DNA from: a virus
Taxonomy: Duplodnaviria > Caudoviricetes
Strand: one strand, 5' to 3'
IMG/VR virus record: IMGVR_UViG_3300034374_008818
Location: 1-56,930 of that record
Length of the DNA stretch: 56,930 bases
Made by a program: the position numbers and the translations under genes. The notes under the pieces are model-generated. The model made no database searches. It saw only the letters and a program-made list of their open reading frames with translations, and was not told where the DNA came from. How positions within the stretch are numbered: the first letter of the stretch is position 1; each line of letters opens with the position of its first letter. Shown piece after piece: positions 26,289 to 36,086 of this stretch.

Positions 26289-26785
26289 TGCAGTTAGACG
26301 ATTATCTAAAGTCTAAAGTACGCTATCACCTTGGATTTAATTCAGGTGCACAAATCCCTGCCGGTGACCGTGCACGATTAGAAGAAGCCATGGCATTAAT
26401 ACCAGATGAGCTCTGGTATAACGAAATTGTCTACCACATCAAACGTTGTGACATTGCATGGAAAGCAAGTGCCGCAATTCCTGACGATTACTTTGATCAA
26501 GATGGCAGCCGTATTCTAAACCCATCAAGACAAGAAGTAATCGCTGGTGATGTTCAGCGGACAATCAATACATCTGACCCACTTAAAGGCGATGAATACT
26601 TCCGTGAAATCTACCTTAGAGAGGTGGACAGGCTGGCTGAAACTCTCTATGTTCCTAACTATCGTCGTCCTGAAGTACGTCGGTATGCGTTTGAGAGAGC
26701 GGGAAGCGAATTTATTATGGCCGTCCCTGGACCTGCAGATACAGCAGTTGGCTCAAGAATGATGCTTAGCTATAACTGGCGTTAA
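26285..26785 (+). CDS. Hypothetical protein, candidate head-tail adaptor
   Basis: 166 aa, KSKVRYHLG start, position after capsid genes. Confidence 0.55.
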   Translation: MMQLDDYLKSKVRYHLGFNSGAQIPAGDRARLEEAMALIPDELWYNEIVYHIKRCDIAWKASAAIPDDYFDQDGSRILNPSRQEVIAGDVQRTINTSDPLKGDEYFREIYLREVDRLAETLYVPNYRRPEVRRYAFERAGSEFIMAVPGPADTAVGSRMMLSYNWR

Positions 26786-26820
26786 GTGTAGAATAGACAA
26801 AGGAATAGCACCGTAAAATT

Positions 26821-27255
26821 ATGAATCCTGTTTCAGGGGGTTGGACTTCCCATAAAATCCGTAGTGATGACTACGAAGGTAAAAAGCGAGCTGCTCTTGC
26901 ACAGTCAGGTCAAAACTCATACATTCAAGGCGTTCAGTCTGTAATGGAGGATGGTGCCGGTTCCGCAGTTGCGGCAACTCGTGATGAACGAGGTGTTACC
27001 AACCTGCCTGTCAATCAACTTATTCAAGGAAAGAATAGCAATTTCCAACAAGGTGATAGCCCAGGCAATCAACCGTTTCGTGCTCAAGAGCTTGCGAACC
27101 AAACTGGAAGTGTAATGACAGAAACCTCAAGCACTAACGTTCCTCAGCAAGACCCTGAAGATATGGAAGTTGACGCACTCGACCGTCGTCTATCAATGAT
27201 GGCAAAAGGTGGTCAAGGGTTCCCTGGCTTGAACAACCGCAATCGTGAGGTTTGA
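26821..27255 (+). CDS. Hypothetical protein (144 aa)
   Basis: ORF with TAGAAT at 26789. Confidence 0.7.
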   Translation: MNPVSGGWTSHKIRSDDYEGKKRAALAQSGQNSYIQGVQSVMEDGAGSAVAATRDERGVTNLPVNQLIQGKNSNFQQGDSPGNQPFRAQELANQTGSVMTETSSTNVPQQDPEDMEVDALDRRLSMMAKGGQGFPGLNNRNREV

Positions 27256-27805
27256 CATGGACAAGAAAGATAATGCAATGATGCTTGACCCTAATCGGTT
27301 TAAGATTGCACAACAAAATGCACTGTTGCCTGGTGGTCCGCAAAACAATAACCCAATGAACGTGACTGGTCTTGGTAACCAGCCTGCAAGCTTCAATGGT
27401 GTTAGTCAGCATCCTTACGGTGATACTGGAAATGTGTACCCACAGATGGGTGCTGATGCAGTCAACCCAATGCAAGTTAGACCTTCAGGGTTGCAGCAAA
27501 ACTTTCCGTTAGGTCGGCAAATGAATAACATGCCTTTTGGTATGCAACAGCAGCCTGACACTTCTGGTGTATCGATGGCACCTGATGGTATGGAAAGTGG
27601 ACGTCTGGCTCAACAAGCACAGGCGCGTGGTCTTCCTGGTGTAGGTGCATTAGGTATGCAAGGTCTGCCTGCTACTCCAGCTCCCGGTGCATTCCCTGGA
27701 GCATTCCCTGGCAGCAACGGTCCTTCACTGATGCCTGGTATGCCTAGTGCAGAACAAGCAGCTGGTAAAGGCATTAATATGAAAACAGGCAAACGAGGTA
27801 AATAA
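27245..27805 (+). CDS. Gln/Pro/Gly-rich hypothetical protein (start may be ATG 27257)
   Basis: ORF track. Confidence 0.7.
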   Translation: MRFDMDKKDNAMMLDPNRFKIAQQNALLPGGPQNNNPMNVTGLGNQPASFNGVSQHPYGDTGNVYPQMGADAVNPMQVRPSGLQQNFPLGRQMNNMPFGMQQQPDTSGVSMAPDGMESGRLAQQAQARGLPGVGALGMQGLPATPAPGAFPGAFPGSNGPSLMPGMPSAEQAAGKGINMKTGKRGK

Positions 27806-27807
27806 TC

Positions 27808-28275
27808 ATGGCCGCTACTTCTACTAATAAGCAACCGCTTTTGGTCGATCGCGTAATGCATAATGTGATCGATCTGAACACAGCAGCTGTTGGTGCAATC
27901 GACGTGGTAGGAACAAACACAGCACTGCTGCTTGTCGATGGCTCTCAGTCTGATGGGTGCATTATTGAAGACATTTATGCAATCTCACGTGGTACAGTTG
28001 AGCACACAATTAACCTGTACATCAGTAATGCATCTGACTACTTGCGTCCTGGCGAAGGTATGTTCATTGGAAGCTTTAAATCAGCCACCACATCCGGTAA
28101 TGTGACACGTTGGGAAGAGATGCCTAAAATCCTTGCTCCCGTCCCTCAGACAAGCACAGAAGCTCAATTCCGTGCGCTCTACATTCCGAAAGGAAGGACA
28201 CTGTGGGCAGGTCGTGAAAGTGATACTGTCGTTAACGATGGCCCGTTGTTGGGTGCACAAGGCGGCTGGTACTAA
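27808..28275 (+). CDS. Structural protein (tail-associated, probable)
   Basis: 155 aa, beta-rich, context. Confidence 0.6.
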   Translation: MAATSTNKQPLLVDRVMHNVIDLNTAAVGAIDVVGTNTALLLVDGSQSDGCIIEDIYAISRGTVEHTINLYISNASDYLRPGEGMFIGSFKSATTSGNVTRWEEMPKILAPVPQTSTEAQFRALYIPKGRTLWAGRESDTVVNDGPLLGAQGGWY

Positions 28276-30062
28276 TGCCTAGAAAGCAGAATGGTTTTGG
28301 TAATTTAAAATCTCTTGCCTTTAAACCAAGTAAAAGTGTAAATGTAGGTAAAGCAAAAGGTGCTCCGGGTTTATATCCGAGTAACCGTCGCTACGGTACT
28401 TCTGTCAACAGAACAATTATTGAGAAATATAATTTAGACAGCGACTGGGTCAGGTGGCGTAGAGGATTTGAGTACTACAACAAAGGTGCGTGGTATCGTC
28501 TCAAGACCTATGACCCAATCAGTCAGACATATAGTGACAGTCAAATTGAATCAAAACTGTATCAAGGAACTGAGTATGAAGTTGATGTAGTTTTTGATGG
28601 CTACAAGTTTGCGACTAAGAACGCAGACAGTAATAACCATTATGTAGTGAAACGCACGACAGTATCAATGCCTGATATTGGTACAATAACTCAAGTCAAT
28701 AATGATGCACTGAAATATCCAGAGAATAAAGCGTATAGAGAAATCTGGTGCAAAATCAATCCAGGCAATGATGCACGATTACTAGCCAAGATGATTGGTG
28801 AACGTCTTAGTGATGGAGAGACAGAAGCATCACTATCTTGGGTACTAACAGCAAGTGACACCCCTGCCCTGTTTATTGGTAAGAGTTGGCCAGAGCAACC
28901 AGCGACTGTTACAGCAGAGATTAGTGAAGCTCAATTTCAGAAATGGGCTACTGAAAATAACAAGACAGTCAATGATTTAGTTGGCAAGACTGTTTATACA
29001 CCATCATTTTTTCAAGAGAAACCTATTGATGAAGTCAGCACATTTAATGTACTTGACGCTAGGGATTACTGGGGTATTGAAGTAGTTGACAAAGGTGTTG
29101 GTGAAATCATCATCTTAGATAACGAACAAGAGACCTTACCACCATCACTGTATGACATCAGCCAACTAGAGCCAATCATTGTAGATAATGCAGGTTCATT
29201 CACACTTGAAGGTACGTACATCTACCAGAAAGATAGGTATCAAAGGTTCTATGGCAATCAGTATTTAACAGGAGAGTTAGCTGTAGACGGTGCTGACTTT
29301 GTTTCATACTCCGTGATGCCTTACATCATCCTTGGCGCAGAATCTAGAAACGGAAAAATCTTACTGAGGTCAGCACCATTCATCAGTGAGTTTAAGTTTA
29401 CAAAGCCACCTGAAGGTAGTGCATCTCTTGTGTTTACAGACTATAGTTTTACAAAATTTGGGATTGATGAATATAACGGTGTTTATTATCACAAACAAGG
29501 CAGTCCTAAAGATGAGCTGTGGACACGCATTGATACAGATGTAGACCCTTGGATGGATGAAGTCTTTACTTCAGGTAATCCACTATCACCTGCAACGATA
29601 TACACGTGCAGTTGTCCTAACTACTCTCAATCAATGCTGCGTGCACCACAAGAGACTGAAGATGAAGGTACACGTAAAATCAACCGTCAACGTAGATACC
29701 CTTTACCTACAGCACAAGGTAGAGCTTACTACGACCAGATTGGTTTGACAGAAGCTGCTGGTCGCATTGAAAGTTGGGAGACACGTGAACACAGAATGAG
29801 CTTCAAGATGTGTAAACACACTATTGCAGCTATGTTCATCAATAACTTAAAAGTCAAAGAACCTGATTCTTATCCAACGATTGAAGCACGAGAGCAGTTC
29901 GAAGAGAAGCTTGATAAAGATGTTGCAGAAGTTGGAGAAGAATTCACTTCATCGTACAGGCGTGGTGGACTGACAACTCTTGAGATTGTATTCGCTCTTG
30001 CACAAGGATTGAACCTTGATGAAGTTGAATTAGCGTACGTCATTCTAAACAGTAAATTCTAA
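28275..30062 (+). CDS. 595-aa protein with SWIM-type zinc finger
   Basis: YTCSCP...KMCKH (CxC...CxH). Confidence 0.75.
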   Translation: MPRKQNGFGNLKSLAFKPSKSVNVGKAKGAPGLYPSNRRYGTSVNRTIIEKYNLDSDWVRWRRGFEYYNKGAWYRLKTYDPISQTYSDSQIESKLYQGTEYEVDVVFDGYKFATKNADSNNHYVVKRTTVSMPDIGTITQVNNDALKYPENKAYREIWCKINPGNDARLLAKMIGERLSDGETEASLSWVLTASDTPALFIGKSWPEQPATVTAEISEAQFQKWATENNKTVNDLVGKTVYTPSFFQEKPIDEVSTFNVLDARDYWGIEVVDKGVGEIIILDNEQETLPPSLYDISQLEPIIVDNAGSFTLEGTYIYQKDRYQRFYGNQYLTGELAVDGADFVSYSVMPYIILGAESRNGKILLRSAPFISEFKFTKPPEGSASLVFTDYSFTKFGIDEYNGVYYHKQGSPKDELWTRIDTDVDPWMDEVFTSGNPLSPATIYTCSCPNYSQSMLRAPQETEDEGTRKINRQRRYPLPTAQGRAYYDQIGLTEAAGRIESWETREHRMSFKMCKHTIAAMFINNLKVKEPDSYPTIEAREQFEEKLDKDVAEVGEEFTSSYRRGGLTTLEIVFALAQGLNLDEVELAYVILNSKF

Positions 30063-30114
30063 GACGTAGGTTAAGTAATCGGTAGAATAGTAAAAGTAGT
30101 ACAGAGAATACGGC

Positions 30115-32010
30115 GTGACTACATCTTACGACGTTGAAACAACAAGTTCAGGCTCAGGGATGCCTGGTCGTGATGCTGATGGATTACAAGCTTGGAATCC
30201 TTCTGTAGGTTTGTATCACAAGCCTGCAAAGAAAAAACGTGAAAGCTACGGCGGTGTTATTGCAGCGTTGCAAGATGAAATGGTACGTTCTGGTGCCATA
30301 GTAAAAGCATATCCCGAAAACTTTGCTGGAATCATTGCAGCAATTCAAGATTTAACGGCATCTGAATATAGACCAGGTTCAGATACTGGAGAGAAGCCTC
30401 CTGGTGGAGAAGTTATTATTGACCCAAATACAGGGTTACCAATTTGGATTGAAGGTGATACACAGAATGGACAATTATGGTTTGATACACGTCAAGGACG
30501 TCTGTTTGTTTGGGTAGACGACGATTGGTATCAAACAAACGGTGCTGATGGTATTCCTATTGTTACTGATAGTTCTGTACCACCTGATTTAGAGAATGTA
30601 ATTCCAGGTCAATTCTGGTGGGATAAAGCAGGTCAAATCTTATACATCTTTGATGGCACATATATGCTTCCCAATGGGAGCACAACAACTGACCCAAATG
30701 CAGGCGGTAGTCCCATCTGGAGACTAGTTAACGACGCAAGTTCAGAAGGCTCAATGCAGACAACATTAACGCTGCCCCTTACTGTAATGGGTCCTCGTGT
30801 CACAGCGTTAGAAGATTACGAGTATCTACCTAATATTGATTTAAGTCCTACTGATGACGGTACACTTCCGATGTCAGTACAGAAAGACTACAACGAATGG
30901 ATATTTAATGCTCTTATTAGCCTTAACAACGGTCTTGAAGAATTTCAGTCAGTCATTGTTGGTGAAACACCTCCAGCTACAGATGACCCCGACAATCCGA
31001 TTGCAGCAGGACAACTGTGGTATGACACAGAAGCTCTTGAACTCAGCATCTGGTATGTAAACCCCGATGGCGATGGACAGTGGGTACCAACCGGTATTGC
31101 CCATACATACGATGCAGATTTAGATGTCATTCGTGCTTCAGTTGCAGCAGAATCACGACAACGTAATTTTGAAATTCATAGTATAAATGAGCGTTTAAAT
31201 AATATTGACATTACCGATGCCGAAGAGATTACAGAAATCAATAACCGATTGAATGAGCTTCAAGCTGAAGTTAATGCAATCCCAACCGTTGATTTAGACC
31301 CTTATGTCAGGCAAGTAACGTTTGACAATACTCAGTTAGACATCTATGCAAAGCTTGCAGCATTAGTTAACAAGCCTGCTGAATACACCCAAGCAATGGC
31401 TGATGTAACTGAACGTCAACTGCAAGCAGCAATTGACACTAAAGCAACGATTGATGCATTGGCTGCCGTAGAAGCATCTATTCCAAACGTAAGCAGCTAC
31501 ACTACTCAAGCTGATATTGATGCATCAATCAGTCAATTAAGTACTGACTTCTTACCTAGAACTGGTGGTACCCTTTCTGGAAGTTTTATTGTAGAAAAGA
31601 CAGATGTCGCTTTACCAGGTTTTGATTTCTCTAATGCTTTTTGGTATGGCAAAGATGCATTCAAGTTTGCAGCAAATGGAGGTAATAGTGACTACAGCAC
31701 CTTTGGTGTTACAGAAAAGCCTTGGGAATATGCTTGGAACTTTAGCAGTAAAGAAGACTTCTGCTGGATTTACAATGACACAAACAAAGTGTTTAGTATT
31801 ACCAAAGAAGGTCCTGCTTGCTCTACATTAGTACTTGGTGATTTTACCGATAATACAAATAACGGTCGGGTCATTCATAATAAAATAGATGTGAAGGAAC
31901 GACTAAATACTTATAAAACTGCATTTGAGCAAATGCGTCAAGGCGTAGCAAATGCAACAGACTTTGATTCACTCAGGGCAAACATCCTTTCAGCATTAGC
32001 AATCGTTTGA
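30115..32010 (+). CDS. Tail fibre/baseplate-like protein
   Basis: Three GQ[LF]W[FWY]D repeats, coiled coil, FLPRTGGTLSG fibre motif. Confidence 0.75.
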   Translation: MTTSYDVETTSSGSGMPGRDADGLQAWNPSVGLYHKPAKKKRESYGGVIAALQDEMVRSGAIVKAYPENFAGIIAAIQDLTASEYRPGSDTGEKPPGGEVIIDPNTGLPIWIEGDTQNGQLWFDTRQGRLFVWVDDDWYQTNGADGIPIVTDSSVPPDLENVIPGQFWWDKAGQILYIFDGTYMLPNGSTTTDPNAGGSPIWRLVNDASSEGSMQTTLTLPLTVMGPRVTALEDYEYLPNIDLSPTDDGTLPMSVQKDYNEWIFNALISLNNGLEEFQSVIVGETPPATDDPDNPIAAGQLWYDTEALELSIWYVNPDGDGQWVPTGIAHTYDADLDVIRASVAAESRQRNFEIHSINERLNNIDITDAEEITEINNRLNELQAEVNAIPTVDLDPYVRQVTFDNTQLDIYAKLAALVNKPAEYTQAMADVTERQLQAAIDTKATIDALAAVEASIPNVSSYTTQADIDASISQLSTDFLPRTGGTLSGSFIVEKTDVALPGFDFSNAFWYGKDAFKFAANGGNSDYSTFGVTEKPWEYAWNFSSKEDFCWIYNDTNKVFSITKEGPACSTLVLGDFTDNTNNGRVIHNKIDVKERLNTYKTAFEQMRQGVANATDFDSLRANILSALAIV

Positions 32011-32014
32011 TATT

Positions 32015-32797
32015 ATGGCCGCTTTTAATTTTCCAGACCCTACAGTACAACAGACAGTTGTTAATCCTATTACGGGGAGTACCTATCAGTGGAAAGAACC
32101 ACCTGGCAAATGGGTATTAACAGTAAGCGTTCGTGATGTAAGTGACATTATCTGGGAGGGAGACAATCCACCTATCCCTATTGGTGATTACAAGCTGTGG
32201 TACAGCACCGACACTCTTGAGCTTTACTTCTATTACTGTGATGCTAACGGCGTCTGTGCTTGGGTACCTACATCAGTGCCTATTCAGGTGCTTGAAGACC
32301 TTAATGCGTTTGCTGCTCAAGCTAAAATAGATATTGACCAGCTTCAGTACAAACAACAGATTCTTCAGAATGCGGTAGACCAGATTTACCTTGATTCACA
32401 GACAGGTGCTGGCAACCGTCCGCCTGTTTTTAGTGATACAGAACCTACCGTACATCCAGACTTTACGGCTCCTGATAATAATCTCCTGGCTGGTGATGTA
32501 TGGTTTGATACAACTGATCTTGAGCAGTTAATTCAATATATTTATGACGGAACACAATGGCTATTAGCAGGTAATTACGTCAATTCGCTTGCAGAGCAAG
32601 ACAATCCTAAAGGCAAGAGAGTTGCAACTGTATCTACCAGTCGTTCAATGATGAGCGGTATGCGTCAGGCAATCCTCGGAGCAACAGACTTTGAAGACTT
32701 GAAGTCAAGGTTGCTTGCCAAATTAGAAGAGATGGAAAACAGCAGTGAGTTTTCTGAAGACCCTACAACATTTGATATACCTGATTCAAATTACTAA
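32015..32797 (+). CDS. Tail fibre-like protein
   Basis: FNFP...TYQW..GKW N-terminus, LWYSTDTLEL and GDVWFDT repeats. Confidence 0.7.
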   Translation: MAAFNFPDPTVQQTVVNPITGSTYQWKEPPGKWVLTVSVRDVSDIIWEGDNPPIPIGDYKLWYSTDTLELYFYYCDANGVCAWVPTSVPIQVLEDLNAFAAQAKIDIDQLQYKQQILQNAVDQIYLDSQTGAGNRPPVFSDTEPTVHPDFTAPDNNLLAGDVWFDTTDLEQLIQYIYDGTQWLLAGNYVNSLAEQDNPKGKRVATVSTSRSMMSGMRQAILGATDFEDLKSRLLAKLEEMENSSEFSEDPTTFDIPDSNY

Positions 32798-32827
32798 AAT
32801 AGTAATAGGCATTTTATAGCACAGGAT

Positions 32828-33886
32828 ATGGCAGCCGTATTCCCACTAGACACTACTAAACCGTGGACTTTTAATGGCGTCACCTACGAGTATGATGCCG
32901 CTGAAGACCGCTGGTTTGTTGTTAGTACAACAGCAACTGATAGTATTCTTGAAGATATCTCTGATACTAGAAGTCAGATTGATGTACTTGATACAATCAT
33001 TGACCAAGAGATTGAGAACCGAACAGCTTTATTAGATGTTGCTGCTTCTAAAAACAATCAGCAAGACGCTTCGATTAATGAGCTTGATGCCAGGCTTGAT
33101 GCTTTAGCAGCATCAACAGGCAAACTAGAATTTAAAGGTCGCTACAACTACGTTCTAAAGAAGACGACAGAAGCTTGTACAGCAGCATACGCTCAATGCT
33201 TGTTAGAAGCAGGTGGTGATGTCCCTGCAATGTCTGAGTGCAATCGGCTGAAAGACCTATGCGATGCCGCTATCAGTGATCCTTACCCTGCTGGTTCATT
33301 TACTAGCAAAGGCACTACAAACGTTATTGCTGACATTGAAGAGTTTTTAATTACAACAGTCGATGCTGATGGTCAAACAATTGACTGGCTTAATACAGCA
33401 GAAGAAGGCGACTATCTAGAATTCTTCGATAGTACTGATGGTGATACTGCTTTATTTGAAATAGTTGACGAACCCACTACCGCTAATACAGAGCAGACTA
33501 TTCGGGTCAAGTTCATTAGTCAGACAGGGCAAGGAGACGGAAACTTTAATTTACAGCAGTCATATGATATTCGAGTTTTCAAAATAGCTCAAGGCATTGA
33601 CTTATTAGAAGCAGATGCGAGGTATGTAGCCAAGCCATACGTTGTCTATTTTGAAGACAGTACTGCTGATATTACGCCAGTACATTCTTCCGGTGAATTA
33701 CGCAATGGAGAACTCTGGTTTGATACCAGTAGCCTTGAGATGTTTGTTTGGAATAACAACGCTTGGGTTGCCGTATCGCCTCCTCCTTCACAAAATATAG
33801 TTTTCAATTCATTAGAAGCTAAGGTTAATTCTTACGAAAGTAAAATAGCAGCTCTAGAGGCTCGCATTGCTGCTCTCGAAAGTTAA
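32828..33886 (+). CDS. Tail fibre-like protein
   Basis: VFP...TYEYD..DRW N-terminus, GELWFDTSSLEMFVW, C-terminal coiled coil. Confidence 0.7.
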   Translation: MAAVFPLDTTKPWTFNGVTYEYDAAEDRWFVVSTTATDSILEDISDTRSQIDVLDTIIDQEIENRTALLDVAASKNNQQDASINELDARLDALAASTGKLEFKGRYNYVLKKTTEACTAAYAQCLLEAGGDVPAMSECNRLKDLCDAAISDPYPAGSFTSKGTTNVIADIEEFLITTVDADGQTIDWLNTAEEGDYLEFFDSTDGDTALFEIVDEPTTANTEQTIRVKFISQTGQGDGNFNLQQSYDIRVFKIAQGIDLLEADARYVAKPYVVYFEDSTADITPVHSSGELRNGELWFDTSSLEMFVWNNNAWVAVSPPPSQNIVFNSLEAKVNSYESKIAALEARIAALES

Positions 33887-33923
33887 TAAAGTACAATGGA
33901 AAGGAAGGCATCGTATTAATTAA

Positions 33924-34445
33924 ATGCCAATCTTAAAAGTACGAGGATTACATTCAGCAGATACTGCATCCCAATACTCATCCGATGAGACCGGGACAGT
34001 TGATGATACCTTCCTGTTCCCCAAGTGGTGGGACAAGAAGGCTAATAATGTTGAGTACATCCGTGTGTTCAAACTACATATGACCCGTGCTTGTGATGAT
34101 ATTGATGTCATCATTCCAGCAAGTTCTGATGTAGAAATCCGTGGTGAGTACGACGGTAACGTTGGTTTTCGTATTGATTACCACCGTGGTGTCAAACGGA
34201 TGGCACTCACGGCACACGATTCAACAACCGTTGATGCCGAATACATCTTCCCAACTCGCCCTAACCAAGCACCTACATATAAAGAGTATGGCGCAGGACC
34301 TGTTGTTTGCTTTAGTGCAAGTCCAACTGGATCTTGGGCAACGTTTGTATTCGAACATCGCCCTAATTTAGACCTCGGTGGTTATGAACTAGCCGATGGG
34401 TTTTATGACCTCAATCTTGAAAACGACCTCTACGACCTGAACTAA
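33924..34445 (+). CDS. Hypothetical structural protein
   Basis: 173 aa; paralogous to the N-terminal half of 22403-23089. Confidence 0.65.
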   Translation: MPILKVRGLHSADTASQYSSDETGTVDDTFLFPKWWDKKANNVEYIRVFKLHMTRACDDIDVIIPASSDVEIRGEYDGNVGFRIDYHRGVKRMALTAHDSTTVDAEYIFPTRPNQAPTYKEYGAGPVVCFSASPTGSWATFVFEHRPNLDLGGYELADGFYDLNLENDLYDLN

Positions 34446-34447
34446 TT

Positions 34448-36031
34448 ATGGCTGACCAACTGAAATTACGTGGTGGCCCAACCGCTGAAGCCGAGGTATT
34501 TGTCGGAGCTGAGCGGGAGGTCACTGTAGATACTGGACTTAACGCTCTACGTATCCACGATGGTGTAACCCCCGGTGGGCACCTCGTTGAACTTGCTACG
34601 TCTGCTGCTAATAGCCGTAGTGTCATTGCTGTTGATGCAACCACTGCTCGTGAAGCACTGCGTATAGCACTTGAAGCTGCTATCGCTACAGCTGAAGCCA
34701 ACCGTGCTGCTGCTGTTACCGCAGTTGAGACTGGCTACCAAGATGGTGATACCGCTACTCTTGCATCGGCCAACAGCTACACAGATACCGCAATCAGCGA
34801 TTTACTTGGCGGTTCACCTGACCTGCTGAATACTCTTAATGAGTTAGCTGCAGCTATTGGTGATGACGCTGATTTTATTACGACGATTAATGCTTCTATC
34901 GCTGCTGTACAGGCAGATGTAGACGCAAATGAAACAGCAGCTGCTACCGAGAGAGCAAACCTCCTGGCAACCCTTCAAGCAGTTATTGATGCTATTCAAG
35001 CCGATGTAGATGCTAACGAAGCTGCAGCGCTTGCTGCGCGTAATGCCATTCAAGCTGATGTTGATGCTAACGAAGCAGCAGCTACTACTGCTATTGCTAC
35101 TGGTGATGCCGCCACTCTTGCCAGTGCTAATGCCTATACCGATACCAGCATCAGCAACTTGACGAACGGTACTGACGCTGCTCTTGATACGCTCAAGGAG
35201 ATTGGTGATGCGCTTGCTGCTGGTGACCAAAGTGTCACTGATGCACTGACCACAAGCATTACGACTGAAAGCACCACCCGTGCTGCGGCTGATACTGCAC
35301 TGTCAGGTCGCTTGGATGTACTTGAAGCTGACCCGACGACACAAACACTGCTTGATGCAGAAGTCACAGCACGTGCTGATGCAATTACAGCTGAAGCAGC
35401 TGCTCGTGTTGCAGCTATTTCCGCTGAGGAAACTGCAAGAATCGCAGGTGATGCTACTGAAGCCGCTGCTCGCAGTGCTGCAATTACAACAGAAGAGACC
35501 GCAAGGATTGCCGCTGATGCAGCTAGTCTTGCTTCCGCCAATAGCTACACTGACACACAAGTAGCGACAGGTGATGCCACTGTTACCAACGCAATGACAG
35601 CATTGGTGACAACTGAAGCCGCAACACGCGGTGCAGCTGATAGCGCCTTAAGTGCCCGCATTGATGTACTTGAAGCTGACCCTACTACTGCAACCGCATT
35701 GGCTGCAGCTGTTGCTGGTGTGCAAGCTGACGTTAATCAGAATGAAGCCGATAGTGATGCCGCTATTGCTGCAGAAGAAGCTCGTGCTTTAACTGCAGAA
35801 GCTTCTATCACAACGTCATTAACTGCATTAGTGACCTCCGAAGAGACTCGTGCGTTAGCAGCAGAAGCTGTACTTACTTCAGCAATTACTGCTGAAGAAA
35901 CGCGGGCAACTGCAGCAGAAGCTTTTATTACTACAGCACAAGCTGCTGAAGAAGCTGCACGTAACCAACTGAACCTTCACGCCGGTCTAGCGTTTGGTCA
36001 ACTCTATGTTGGTGATTTAGTTGTGGCTTGA
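34448..36031 (+). CDS. Ala-rich coiled-coil fibre with Mtd_N-like N-terminal domain
   Basis: QLKLRGG.TAE...F.GAEREVTVDT...LRIHDG.TPGG; LDTL.E..AAL motifs. Confidence 0.8.
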   Translation: MADQLKLRGGPTAEAEVFVGAEREVTVDTGLNALRIHDGVTPGGHLVELATSAANSRSVIAVDATTAREALRIALEAAIATAEANRAAAVTAVETGYQDGDTATLASANSYTDTAISDLLGGSPDLLNTLNELAAAIGDDADFITTINASIAAVQADVDANETAAATERANLLATLQAVIDAIQADVDANEAAALAARNAIQADVDANEAAATTAIATGDAATLASANAYTDTSISNLTNGTDAALDTLKEIGDALAAGDQSVTDALTTSITTESTTRAAADTALSGRLDVLEADPTTQTLLDAEVTARADAITAEAAARVAAISAEETARIAGDATEAAARSAAITTEETARIAADAASLASANSYTDTQVATGDATVTNAMTALVTTEAATRGAADSALSARIDVLEADPTTATALAAAVAGVQADVNQNEADSDAAIAAEEARALTAEASITTSLTALVTSEETRALAAEAVLTSAITAEETRATAAEAFITTAQAAEEAARNQLNLHAGLAFGQLYVGDLVVA

Positions 36032-36086
36032 TAGCTACAACTATTGTTAAAATTGAACTAGACAATTATTCTGCATTGTTATTAAG

